This document shows positions 27,378-41,066 of a stretch of 64,000 nt of DNA, piece after piece. Under the pieces are notes generated by a model. It was given only the letters and a program-made list of their open reading frames with translations. It searched no databases and had not been told where the DNA came from. The translations under genes and the position numbers were made by a program. The DNA is from Auanema rhodensis (lineage: Eukaryota; Animalia; Nematoda): contig OZ059899.1 in assembly GCA_964057225.1 (NCBI GenBank), positions 20,956,001 through 21,020,000 on the forward strand. The letters are read 5' to 3'. Position 1 is the first letter of the stretch. Every line of letters begins with the position of its first letter.

Positions 27378-30300
27378 CCTGAAGAATTAATTTTTTCGTT
27401 GAATAACATTGTCCATCGTCTTTGCCTTGAAAAAAGGAATCTAAAAACATCTACTTTTTGCTAAATTATTTTGAAATTTTTCGAAAAAATTTTTGTCAAA
27501 ATGTTTTTGGAAGCAATGTTGAGTGTACATGGAAACTCAACATACACTAATGCATCATTTTTCAAACGATCATAACTAATTTTTGTATTAAGCGTTTCTC
27601 ATTGTAATATAGTGCATTCGATGCGGATTTTTAAGCTGCGTCGATCTGTGTTATCAGATTTGCGCTAGCTTAAAAATGCACCGAGATATCAACTGATATA
27701 AGTTCACACTTATATCCTCGATTTTCACCCTGAAGAATTAATTTTTTCGTTGATTAACATTGTCCATCGTCTTTGCCTCGAAAAAAGGAATCTAAAAACA
27801 TCTACGTTTCGCTAAATTATTTTGAAATTTTTCGAAAAAATTTTTGTCAAAATGTTTTTGGAAGCAATGTTGAGTGTACATGGAAACTCAACATACACTA
27901 ATGCATCATTTTTCAAATGATCATAACTAATTATTGTATCAAGCGTTTCTCAATGTAATATAGTGCATTCGATGCGGATTTTTAAGTTGCGTCGATCTGT
28001 GTTATCAGATTTGCGCTAGCTTAAAAATGCACCTAGATATCAACTGATATAAGTTCACACTTATATCCTCGATTTTCACCCTGAAGAATTAATTTTTTCG
28101 TTGAATAACATTGTCCATCGTCTTTGCCTTGAAAAAAGGAATCTAAAAACATCTACTTTTTGCTAAATTATTTTGAAATTTTTCGAAAAAATTTTTGTCA
28201 AAATGTTTTTGGAAGCAATGTTGAGTGTACATGGAAACTCAACATACACTAATGCATCATTTTTCAAACGATCATAACTGATTTTTGTATTAAGCGTTTC
28301 TCATTGTAATATAGTGCATTCGATGCGGATTTTTAAGCTGCGTCGATCTGTGTTATCAGATTTGCGCTAGCTTAAAAATGCACCGAGATATCAACTGATA
28401 TATGTTCACACTTATATCCTCGATTTTCACCCTGAAGAATTAATTTTTTCGTTGAATAACATTGTCCATCGTCTTTGCCTTGTAAAAAGGAATCTAAAAA
28501 CATCTACTTTTTGCTAAATTATTTTGAAATTGTTCGAAAAAATTTTTGTCAAAATGTTTTTGGAAGCAATGTTGAGTGTACATGGAAACTCAACATACAC
28601 TAATGCATCATTTTTCAAATGATCATAACTAATTATTGTATCAAGCGTTTCTCAATGTAATATAGTGCATTCGATGCGGATTTTTAAGTTGCGTCGATCT
28701 GTGTTATCAGATTTGCGCTAGCTTAAAAATGCACCTAGATATCAACTGATATAAGTTCACACTTATATCCTCGATTTTCACCCTGAAGAATTAATTTTTT
28801 CGTTGAATAACATTGTCCATCGTCTTTGCCTTGAAAAAAGGAATCTAAAAACATCTACTTTTTGCTAAATTATTTTGAAATTTTTCGAAAAAATTTTTGT
28901 CAAAATGTTTTTGGAAGCAATGTTGAGTGTACATGGAAACTCAACATACACTAATGCATCATTTTTCAAACGATCATAACTGATTTTTGTATTAAGCGTT
29001 TCTCATTGTAATATAGTGCATTCGATGCGGATTTTTAAGCTGCGTCGATCTGTGTTATCAGATTTGCGCTAGCTTAAAAATGCACCGAGATATCAACTGA
29101 TATATGTTCACACTTATATCCTCGATTTTCACCCTGAAGAATTAATTTTTTCGTTGAATAACATTGTCCATCGTCTTTGCCTTGAAAAAAGGAATCTAAA
29201 AACATCTACTTTTTGCTAAATTATTTTGAAATTGTTCGAAAAAATTTTTGTCAAAATGTTTTTGGAAGCAATGTTGAGTGTACATGGAAACTCAACATAC
29301 ACTAATGCATCATTTTTCAAACGATCATAACTAATTTTTGTATTAAGCGTTTCTCAATGTAGTATAGTGCATTCGATGCGGATTTTTAAGCTGCGTCGAT
29401 CTGTGTTATCAGATTTGCGCTAGCTTAAAAATGCACCTAGATATCAACTGATATAAGTTCACACTTATATCCTCGATTTTCACCCTGAAGAATTAATTTT
29501 TTCGTTGATTAACATTGTCCATCGTCTTTGCCTTGAAAAAAAGAATCTAAAAACATCTACTTTTTGCTAAATTATGTTGAAATTTTTCGAAAAAATTTTT
29601 GTCAAAATGTTTTTGGAAGCAATGTTGAGTGTACATGGAAACTCAACATACACTAATGCATTATTTTTCAAACGATCATAACTAATTTTTGTATTAAGCG
29701 TTTCTCAATGTAGTATAGTGCATTCGATGCGGATTTTTAAGCTGCGTCGATCTGTGTTATCAGATTTGCGCTAGCTTAAAAATGCACCGAGATATCAACT
29801 GATATAAGTTCACACATATATCCTCGATTTTCACCCTGAAGAATTAATTTTTTCGTTGAATAACGTTGTCCATCGTCTTTGCCTTGAAAAAAGGAATCTA
29901 AAAACATCTAATTTTTGCTAAATTATTTTGAAATTTTTCGAAAAAATTTTTGTCAAAATGTTTTTGGAAGCAATGTTGAGTGTACATGGAAACTCAACAT
30001 ACACTAATGCATCATTTTTCAAACGATCATAACTAATTTTTGTATTAAGCGTTTCTCAATGTAGTATAGTGCATTCGATGCGGATTTTTAAGCCGCGTCG
30101 ATCTGTGTTATCAGATTTGCGCTAGCTTAAAAATGCACCGAGATATCAACTGATATAAGTTCACACTTATATCCTCGATTTTCACCCTGGAGAATTAATT
30201 TTTTCGTTGAATAACATTGTTCATCGTCTTTGCCTTGAAAAAAGAAATCTAAAAACATCTACTTTTTGCTAAACTATTTTGAAATTTTTCGGAAAAATTT

Positions 30301-30887
30301 TTGTCAAAATGTTTTTGGAAGCAATGTTGAGTGTACATGGAAACTCAACATACACTAATGCATCATTTTTCAAACGATCATAACTAATTTTTGTATTAAG
30401 CGTTTCTCAATGTAGTATAGTGCATTCGATGCGGATTTTTAAGCCGCGTCGATCTGTGTTATCAGATTTGCGCTAGCTTAAAAATGCACCGAGATATCAA
30501 CTGATATAAGTTCACACTTATATCCTCGATTTTCACCCTGAAGAATTAATTTTTTCGTTGAATAACATTGTCCATCGTCTTTGCCTTGAAAAAAGAAATC
30601 TAAAAACATCTACTTTTTGCTAAATTATTTTGAAATTGTTCGAAAAAATTTTTGTCAAAATGTTTTTGGAAGCAATGTTGAGTGTACATGGAAACTCAAC
30701 ATACACTAATGCATCATTTTTCAAACGATCATAACTAATTTTTGTATTAAGCGTTTCTCAATGTAGTATAGTGCATTCGATGCGGATTTTTAAGCTGCGT
30801 CGATCGGTGTTATCAGATTTGCGCTAGCTTAAAAATGCACCGAGATATCAACTGATATAAGTTCACACTTATATCCTCGATTTTCAC

Positions 30888-33800
30888 CCTGAAGAATTAA
30901 TTTTTTCGTTGAATAACATTGTCCATCGTCTTTGCCTTGAAAAAAGAAATCTAAAAACATCTACTTTTTGCTAAATTATTTTGAAATTTTTCGAAAAAAT
31001 TTTTGTCAAAATGTTTTTGGAAGCAATGTTGAGTGTACATGGAAACTCAACATACACTAATGCATCATTTTTCAAACGATCATAACTAATTTTTGTATTA
31101 ACCGTTTCTCAATGTAGTATAGTGCATTCGATGCGGATTTTTAAGCTGCGTCGATCTGTGTTATCAGATTTGCGCTAGCTTAAAAATGCACCTAGATATC
31201 AACTGATATAAGTTCACACTTATATCCTCGATTTTCACCCTGAAGAATTAATTTTTTCGTTGATTAACATTGTCCATCGTCTTTGCCTCGAAAAAAGGAA
31301 TCTAAAAACATCTACGTTTCGCTAAATTATTTTGAAATTTTTCGAAAAAATTTTTGTCAAAATGTTTTTGGAAGCAATGTTGAGTGTACATGGAAACTCA
31401 ACATACACTAATGCATCATTTTTCAAATGATCATAACTAATTATTGTATCAAGCGTTTCTCAATGTAATATAGTGCATTCGATGCGGATTTTTAAGTTGC
31501 GTCGATCTGTGTTATCAGATTTGCGCTAGCTTAAAAATGCACCTAGATATCAACTGATATAAGTTCACACTTATATCCTCGATTTTCACCCTGAAGAATT
31601 AATTTTTTCGTTGAATAACATTGTCCATCGTCTTTGCCTTGAAAAAAGGAATCTAAAAACATCTACTTTTTGCTAAATTATTTTGAAATTTTTCGAAAAA
31701 ATTTTTGTCAAAATGTTTTTGGAAGCAATGTTGAGTGTACATGGAAACTCAACATACACTAATGCATCATTTTTCAAACGATCATAACTAATTTTTGTAT
31801 TAAGCGTTTCTCATTGTAATATAGTGCATTCGATGCGGATTTTTAAGCTGCGTCGATCTGTGTTATCAGATTTGCGCTAGCTTAAAAATGCACCGAGATA
31901 TCAACTGATATAAGTTCACACTTATATCCTCGATTTTCACCCTGAAGAATTAATTTTTTCGTTGATTAACATTGTCCATCGTCTTTGCCTCGAAAAAAGG
32001 AATCTAAAAACATCTACGTTCCGCTAAATTATTTTGAAATTTTTCGAAAAAATTTTTGTCAAAATGTTTTTGGAAGCAATGTTGAGTGTACATGGAAACT
32101 CAACATACACTAATGCATCATTTTTCAAATGATCATAACTAATTATTGTATCAAGCGTTTCTCAATGTAATATAGTGCATTCGATGCGGATTTTTAAGTT
32201 GCGTCGATCTGTGTTATCAGATTTGCGCTAGCTTAAAAATGCACCTAGATATCAACTGATATAAGTTCACACTTATATCCTCGATTTTCACCCTGAAGAA
32301 TTAATTTTTTCGTTGAATAACATTGTCCATCGTCTTTGCCTTGAAAAAAGGAATCTAAAAACATCTACTTTTTGCTAAATTATTTTGAAATTTTTCGAAA
32401 AAATTTTTGTCAAAATGTTTTTGGAAGCAATGTTGAGTGTACATGGAAACTCAACATACACTAATGCATCATTTTTCAAATGATCATAACTAATTATTGT
32501 ATCAAGCGTTTCTCAATGTAATATAGTGCATTCGATGCGGATTTTTAAGTTGCGTCGATCTGTGTTATCAGATTTGCGCTAGCTTAAAAATGCACCTAGA
32601 TATCAACTGATATAAGTTCACACTTATATCCTCGATTTTCACCCTGAAGAATTAATTTTTTCGTTGAATAACATTGTCCATCGTCTTTGCCTTGAAAAAA
32701 GAAATCTAAAAACATCTACTTTTTGCTAAATTATTTTGAAATTTTTCGAAAAAATTTTTGTCAAAATGTTTTTGGAAGCAATGTTGAGTGTACATGGAAA
32801 CTCAACATACACTAATGCATCATTTTTCAAACGATCATAACTAATTTTTGTATTAACCGTTTCTCAATGTAGTATAGTGCATTCGATGCGGATTTTTAAG
32901 CTGCGTCGATCTGTGTTATCAGATTTGCGCTAGCTTAAAAATGCACCTAGATATCAACTGATATAAGTTCACACTTATATCCTCGATTTTCACCCTGAAG
33001 AATTAATTTTTTCGTTGATTAACATTGTCCATCGTCTTTGCCTCGAAAAAAGGAATCTAAAAACATCTACGTTTCGCTAAATTATTTTGAAATTTTTCGA
33101 AAAAATTTTTGTCAAAATGTTTTTGGAAGCAATGTTGAGTGTACATGGAAACTCAACATACACTAATGCATCATTTTTCAAATGATCATAACTAATTATT
33201 GTATCAAGCGTTTCTCAATGTAATATAGTGCATTCGATGCGGATTTTTAAGTTGCGTCGATCTGTGTTATCAGATTTGCGCTAGCTTAAAAATGCACCTA
33301 GATATCAACTGATATAAGTTCACACTTATATCCTCGATTTTCACCCTGAAGAATTAATTTTTTCGTTGAATAACATTGTCCATCGTCTTTGCCTTGAAAA
33401 AAGGAATCTAAAAACATCTACTTTTTGCTAAATTATTTTGAAATTTTTCGAAAAAATTTTTGTCAAAATGTTTTTGGAAGCAATGTTGAGTGTACATGGA
33501 AACTCAACATACACTAATGCATCATTTTTCAAACGATCATAACTAATTTTTGTATTAAGCGTTTCTCATTGTAATATAGTGCATTCGATGCGGATTTTTA
33601 AGCTGCGTCGATCTGTGTTATCAGATTTGCGCTAGCTTAAAAATGCACCGAGATATCAACTGATATAAGTTCACACTTATATCCTCGATTTTCACCCTGA
33701 AGAATTAATTTTTTCGTTGATTAACATTGTCCATCGTCTTTGCCTCGAAAAAAGGAATCTAAAAACATCTACGTTTCGCTAAATTATTTTGAAATTTTTC

Positions 33801-35801
33801 GAAAAAATTTTTGTCAAAATGTTTTTGGAAGCAATGTTGAGTGTACATGGAAACTCAACATACACTAATGCATCATTTTTCAAATGATCATAACTAATTA
33901 TTGTATCAAGCGTTTCTCAATGTAATATAGTGCATTCGATGCGGATTTTTAAGTTGCGTCGATCTGTGTTATCAGATTTGCGCTAGCTTAAAAATGCACC
34001 TAGATATCAACTGATATAAGTTCACACTTATATCCTCGATTTTCACCCTGAAGAATTAATTTTTTCGTTGATTAACATTGTCCATCGTCTTTGCCTCGAA
34101 AAAAGGAATCTAAAAACATCTACGTTCCGCTAAATTATTTTGAAATTTTTCGAAAAAATTTTTGTCAAAATGTTTTTGGAAGCAATGTTGAGTGTACATG
34201 GAAACTCAACATACACTAATGCATCATTTTTCAAATGATCATAACTAATTATTGTATCAAGCGTTTCTCAATGTAATATAGTGCATTCGATGCGGATTTT
34301 TAAGTTGCGTCGATCTGTGTTATCAGATTTGCGCTAGCTTAAAAATGCACCTAGATATCAACTGATATAAGTTCACACTTATATCCTCGATTTTCACCCT
34401 GAAGAATTAATTTTTTCGTTGAATAACATTGTCCATCGTCTTTGCCTTGAAAAAAGAAATCTAAAAACATCTACTTTTTGCTAAATTATTTTGAAATTTT
34501 TCGAAAAAATTTTTGTCAAAATGTTTTTGGAAGCAATGTTGAGTGTACATGGAAACTCAACATACACTAATGCATCATTTTTCAAACGATCATAACTAAT
34601 TTTTGTATTAACCGTTTCTCAATGTAGTATAGTGCATTCGATGCGGATTTTTAAGCTGCGTCGATCTGTGTTATCAGATTTGCGCTAGCTTAAAAATGCA
34701 CCTAGATATCAACTGATATAAGTTCACACTTATATCCTCGATTTTCACCCTGAAGAATTAATTTTTTCGTTGATTAACATTGTCCATCGTCTTTGCCTCG
34801 AAAAAAGGAATCTAAAAACATCTACGTTTCGCTAAATTATTTTGAAATTTTTCGAAAAAATTTTTGTCAAAATGTTTTTGGAAGCAATGTTGAGTGTACA
34901 TGGAAACTCAACATACACTAATGCATCATTTTTCAAATGATCATAACTAATTATTGTATCAAGCGTTTCTCAATGTAATATAGTGCATTCGATGCGGATT
35001 TTTAAGTTGCGTCGATCTGTGTTATCAGATTTGCGCTAGCTTAAAAATGCACCTAGATATCAACTGATATAAGTTCACACTTATATCCTCGATTTTCACC
35101 CTGAAGAATTAATTTTTTCATTGAATAACATTGTCCATCGTCTTTGCCTTGAAAAAAGGAATCTAAAAACATCTACTTTTTGCTAAATTATTTTGAAATT
35201 TTTCGAAAAAATTTTTGTCAAAATGTTTTTGGAAGCAATGTTGAGTGTACATGGAAACTCAACATACACTAATGCATCATTTTTCAAACGATCATAACTA
35301 ATTTTTGTATTAAGCGTTTCTCATTGTAATATAGTGCATTCGATGCGGATTTTTAAGCTGCGTCGATCTGTGTTATCAGATTTGCGCTAGCTTAAAAATG
35401 CACCGAGATATCAACTGATATAAGTTCACACTTATATCCTCGATTTTCACCCTGAAGAATTAATTTTTTCGTTGATTAACATTGTCCATCGTCTTTGCCT
35501 CGAAAAAAGGAATCTAAAAACATCTACGTTTCGCTAAATTATTTTGAAATTTTTCGAAAAAATTTTTGTCAAAATGTTTTTGGAAGCAATGTTGAGTGTA
35601 CATGGAAACTCAACATACACTAATGCATCATTTTTCAAATGATCATAACTAATTATTGTATCAAGCGTTTCTCAATGTAATATAGTGCATTCGATGCGGA
35701 TTTTTAAGTTGCGTCGATCTGTGTTATCAGATTTGCGCTAGCTTAAAAATGCACCTAGATATCAACTGATATAAGTTCACACTTATATCCTCGATTTTCA
35801 C
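30888..35801. repeat. Imperfect 5-monomer higher-order repeat (1755 bp, ~3 copies)
   Basis: The same monomer type (gaaatc/aacc/cctag) starts at 30888, 32643 and 34398. Each is followed by a cctcg-type monomer and then a cattgtaat-type monomer; the 4th and 5th monomers vary. Confidence 0.75.
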
Positions 35802-38800
35802 CCTGAAGAATTATTTTTTTCGTTGAATAACATTGTCCATCGTCTTTGCCTTGAAAAAAGGAATCTAAAAACATCTACTTTTTGCTAAATTATTTTGAAA
35901 TTTTTCGAAAAAATTTTTGTCAAAATGTTTTTGGAAGCAATGTTGAGTGTACATGGAAACTCAACATACACTAATGCATCATTTTTCAAACGATCATAAC
36001 TGATTTTTGTATTAAGCGTTTCTCATTGTAATATAGTGCATTCGATGCGGATTTTTAAGCTGCGTCGATCTGTGTTATCAGATTTGCGCTAGCTTAAAAA
36101 TGCACCGAGATATCAACTGATATAAGTTCACACTTATATCCTCGATTTTCACCCTGAAGAATTAATTTTTTCGTTGAATAACATTGTCCATCGTCTTTGC
36201 CTTGAAAAAAGGAATCTAAAAACATCTACTTTTTGCTAAATTATTTTGAAATTGTTCGAAAAAAGTTTTGTCAAAATGTTTTTGGAAGCAATGTTGAGTG
36301 TACATGGAAACTCAACATACACTAATGCATCATTTTTCAAACGATCATAACTAATTTTTGTATTAAGCGTTTCTCATTGTAATATAGTGCATTCGATGCG
36401 GATTTTTAAGCTGCGTCGATCTGTGTTATCAGATTTGCGCTAGCTTAAAAATGCACCGAGATATCAACTGATATAAGTTCACACTTATATCCTCGATTTT
36501 CACCCTGAAGAATTAATTTTTTCGTTGATTAACATTGTCCATCGTCTTTGCCTCGAAAAAAGGAATCTAAAAACATCTACGTTCCGCTAAATTATTTTGA
36601 AATTTTTCGAAAAAATTTTTGTCAAAATGTTTTTGGAAGCAATGTTGAGTGTACATGGAAACTCAACATACACTAATGCATCATTTTTCAAATGATCATA
36701 ACTAATTATTGTATCAAGCGTTTCTCAATGTAATATAGTGCATTCGATGCGGATTTTTAAGTTGCGTCGATCTGTGTTATCAGATTTGCGCTAGCTTAAA
36801 AATGCACCTAGATATCAACTGATATAAGTTCACACTTATATCCTCGATTTTCACCCTGAAGAATTAATTTTTTCGTTGAATAACATTGTCCATCGTCTTT
36901 GCCTTGAAAAAAGGAATCTAAAAACATCTACTTTTTGCTAAATTATTTTGAAATTTTTCGAAAAAATTTTTGTCAAAATGTTTTTGGAAGCAATGTTGAG
37001 TGTACATGGAAACTCAACATACACTAATGCATCATTTTTCAAACGATCATAACTGATTTTTGTATTAAGCGTTTCTCATTGTAATATAGTGCATTCGATG
37101 CGGATTTTTAAGCTGCGTCGATCTGTGTTATCAGATTTGCGCTAGCTTAAAAATGCACCGAGATATCAACTTATATAAGTTCACACATATATCCTCGATT
37201 TTCACCCTGAAGAATTAATTTTTTCGTTGAATAACGTTGTCCATCGTCTTTGCCTTGAAAAAAGGAATCTAAAAACATCTAATTTTTGCTAAATTATTTT
37301 GAAATTTTTCGAAAAAATTTTTGTCAAAATGTTTTTGGAAGCAATGTTGAGTGTACATGGAAACTCAACATACACTAATGCATCATTTTTCAAACGATCA
37401 TAACTAATTTTTGTATTAAGCGTTTCTCAAAGTAGTATAGTGCATTCGATGCGGATTTTTAAGCTGCGTCGATCTGTGTTATCAGATTTGCGCTAGCTTA
37501 AAAATGCACCGAGATATCAACTGATATAAGTTCACACATATATCCTCGATTTTCACCCTGAAGAATTAATTTTTTCGTTGAATAACATTGTTCATCGTCT
37601 TTGCCTTGAAAAAAGGAATCTAAGAACATCTACGTTTCGCTAAATTATTTTGAAATTTTTCGAAAAAATTTTTGTCAAAATGTTTTTGGAAGCAATGTTG
37701 AGTGTACATGGAAACTCAACATACACTAATGCATCATTTTTCAAACGATCATAACTAATTATTGTATCAAGCGTTTTTCAATGTAATATAGTGCATTCGA
37801 TGCGGATTTTTAAGTTGCGTCGATCTGTGTTATCAGATTTGCGCTTGCTTAAAAATGCACCTAGATATCAACTGATATAAGTTCACACTTATATCCTCGA
37901 TTTTCACCCTGAAGAATTAATTTTTTCGTTGATTAACATTGTCCATCGTCTTTGCCTTGAAAAAAGGAATCTAAAAACATCTACTTTTTGCTAAATTATT
38001 TTGAAATTTTTCGAAAAAATTTTTGTCAAAATGTTTTTGGAAGCAATGTTGAGTGTACATGGAAACTCAACATACACTAATGCATCATTTTTCAAACGAT
38101 CATAACTAATTTTTGTATTGAGCGTTTCTCATTGTAGTATAGTGCATTCGTTGCGGATTTTTAAGCTGCGTCGATCTGTGTTATCAGATTTGCGCTAGCT
38201 TAAAAATGCACCGAGATATCAACTGATATAAGTTCACACTTATATCCTCGATTTTCACCCTGAAGAATTAATTTTTTCGTTGAATAACATTGTCCATCGT
38301 CTTTGCCTTGAAAAAAGGAATCTAAAAACATCTAATTTTTGCTAAATTATTTTGAAATTTTTCGAAAAAATTTTTGTCAAAATGTTTTTGGAAGCAATGT
38401 TGAGTGTACATGGAAACTCAACATACACTAAGGCATCATTTTTCAAACGATCATAACTAATTTTTGTATTGAGCGTTTCTCAATGTAGTATAGTGCATTC
38501 GATGCGGATTTTTAAGCTGCGTCGATCTGTGTTATCAGATTTGCGCTAGCTTAAAAATGCACCGAGATATCAACTGATATAAGTTCACACTTATATCCTC
38601 GATTTTCACCCTGAAGAATTAATTTTTTCGTTGAATAACATTGTCCATCGTCTTTGCCTTGAAAAAAGGAATCTAAAAACATCTACTTTTTGCTAAATTA
38701 TTTTGAAATTTTTTGAAAAAATTTTTGTCAAAATGTTTTTGGAAGCAATGTTGAGTGTACATGGAAACTCAACATACACTAATGCATCATTTTTCAAACG

Positions 38801-41066
38801 ATCATAACTAATTTTTGTATTAAGCGTTTCTCAATGTAGTATAGTGCATTCGATGCGGATTTTTAAGCTGCGTCGATCTGTGTTATCATATTTGCGCTAG
38901 CTTAAAAATGCACCGAGATATCAACTGATATAAGTTCACACTTATATCCTCAATTTTCACCCTGAAGAATTAATTTTTTCGTTGAATAACATTGTCCATC
39001 GTCTTTGCCTTGAAAAAAGGAATCTAAAAACATCTACTTTTTGCTAAATTATTTTGAAATTTTTTGAAAAAATTTTTGTCAAAATGTTTTTGGAAGCAAT
39101 GTTGAGTGTACATGGAAACTCAACATACACTAATGCATCATTTTTCAAACGATCATAACTAATTTTTGTATTAAGCGTTTCTCAATGTAGTATAGTGCAT
39201 TCGATGCGGATTTTTAAGCTGCGTCGATCTGTGTTATCATATTTGCGCTAGCTTAAAAATGCACCGAGATATCAACTGATATAAGTTCACACTTATATCC
39301 TCGATTTTCACCCTGAAGAATTAATTTTTTCGTTGAATAACATTGTCCATCGTCTTTCCCTTGAAAAAAGGAATCTAAAAACATCTACTTTTTGCTAAAT
39401 TATTTTGAAATTTTTCGAAAAAATTTTTGTCAAAATGTTTTTGGAAGCAATGTTGAGTGTACATGGAAACTCAACATACACTAAGGCATCATTTTTCAAA
39501 CGATCATAACTAATTTTTGTATTAAGCGTTTCTCAATGTAGTATAGTACATTCGATGCGGATTTTCAAGCTGCGTCGATCTGTGTTATCAGATTTGCGCT
39601 AGCTTAAAAATGCACCGAGATATCAACTGATATAAGTTCACACTTATATCCTCGATTTTCACCCTGAAGAATTAATTTTTTCGTTGAATAAAATTGTTCA
39701 TCGTCTTTACCTTGAAAAAAGGAATCTAAAAACATCTACTTTTTGCTAAATTATTCTGAAATTTTTCGAAAAAATTTTTGTCAAAATGTTTTTGGAAGCA
39801 ATGTTGAGTGTACATGGAAACTCAACATACACTAATGCATCATTTTTCAAACGATCATAACTAATTTTTGTATTAAGCGTTTCTCAATGTAGTATAGTAC
39901 ATTCGATGCGGATTTTCAAGCTGCGTCGATCTGTGTTATCAGATTTGCGCTAGCTTAAAAATGCACCAAGATATCAACTGATATAAGTTCACACTTATAT
40001 CCTCGATTTTCACCCTGAAGAATTAATTTTTTCGTTGAATAACATTGTTCATCGTCTTTGCCTTGAAAAAAGGAATCTAAAAACATCTACTTTTTGCTAA
40101 ATTATTCTGAAATTTTTCGAAAAAATTTTTGTCAAAATGTTTTTGGAAGCAATGTTGAGTGTACATGGAAACTCAACATACACTAATGCATCATTTTTCA
40201 AACGATCATAACTAATTTTTGTATTAAGCGTTTCTCAATGTAGTATAGTGCATTCAATGCAGATTTTTAAGCTGCGTCGATCTGTGTTATCAGATTTGCG
40301 CTAGCTTAAAAATGCACCGAGATATCAACTGATATAAGTTCACACTTATATCCTCGATTTTCACCCTGAAGAATTAATTTTTTCGTTGAATAACATTGTC
40401 CATCGTCTTTGCCTTGAAAAAAGGAATCTAAAAACATCTACTTTTTGCTAAATTATTTTGAAATTTTTTGAAAAAATTTTTGTCAAAATGTTTTTGGAAG
40501 CAATGTTGAGTGTACATGGAAACTCAACATACACTAATGCATCATTTTTCAAACGATCATAACTAATTTTTGTATTAAGCGTTTCTCAATGTAGTATAGT
40601 GCATTCGATGCGGATTTTTAAGCTGCGTCGATCTGTGTTATCATATTTGCGCTAGCTTAATAATGCACCGAGATATCAACTGATATAAGTTCACACTTAT
40701 ATCCTCAATTTTCACCCTGAAGAATTAATTTTTTCGTTGAATAACATTGTTCATCGTCTTTGCCTTGAAAAAAGAAATCTAAAAACATCTACTTTTTGCT
40801 AAATTATTCTGAAATTTTTCGAAAAAATTTTTGTCAAAATGTTTTTGGAAGCAATGTTGAGTGTACATGGAAACTCAACATACACTAATGCATCATTTTT
40901 CAAACGATCATAACTAATTTTTGTATTAAGCGTTTCTCAATGTAGTATAGTGCATTCGATGCAGATTTTTAAGCTGCGTCGATCTGTGTTATCAGATTTG
41001 CGCTAGCTTAAAAATGCACCGAGATATCAACTGATATAAGTTCACACTTATATCCTCGATTTTCAC
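34398..41066. repeat. Copy 1 of a 19-monomer segment duplicated 16,848 bp downstream
   Basis: Monomer-by-monomer match to 51246-57914. Rare markers: aaaagtttt (36265/53113), gcgcttgc (37846/54694), cgttgc (38151/54999). Confidence 0.93.
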
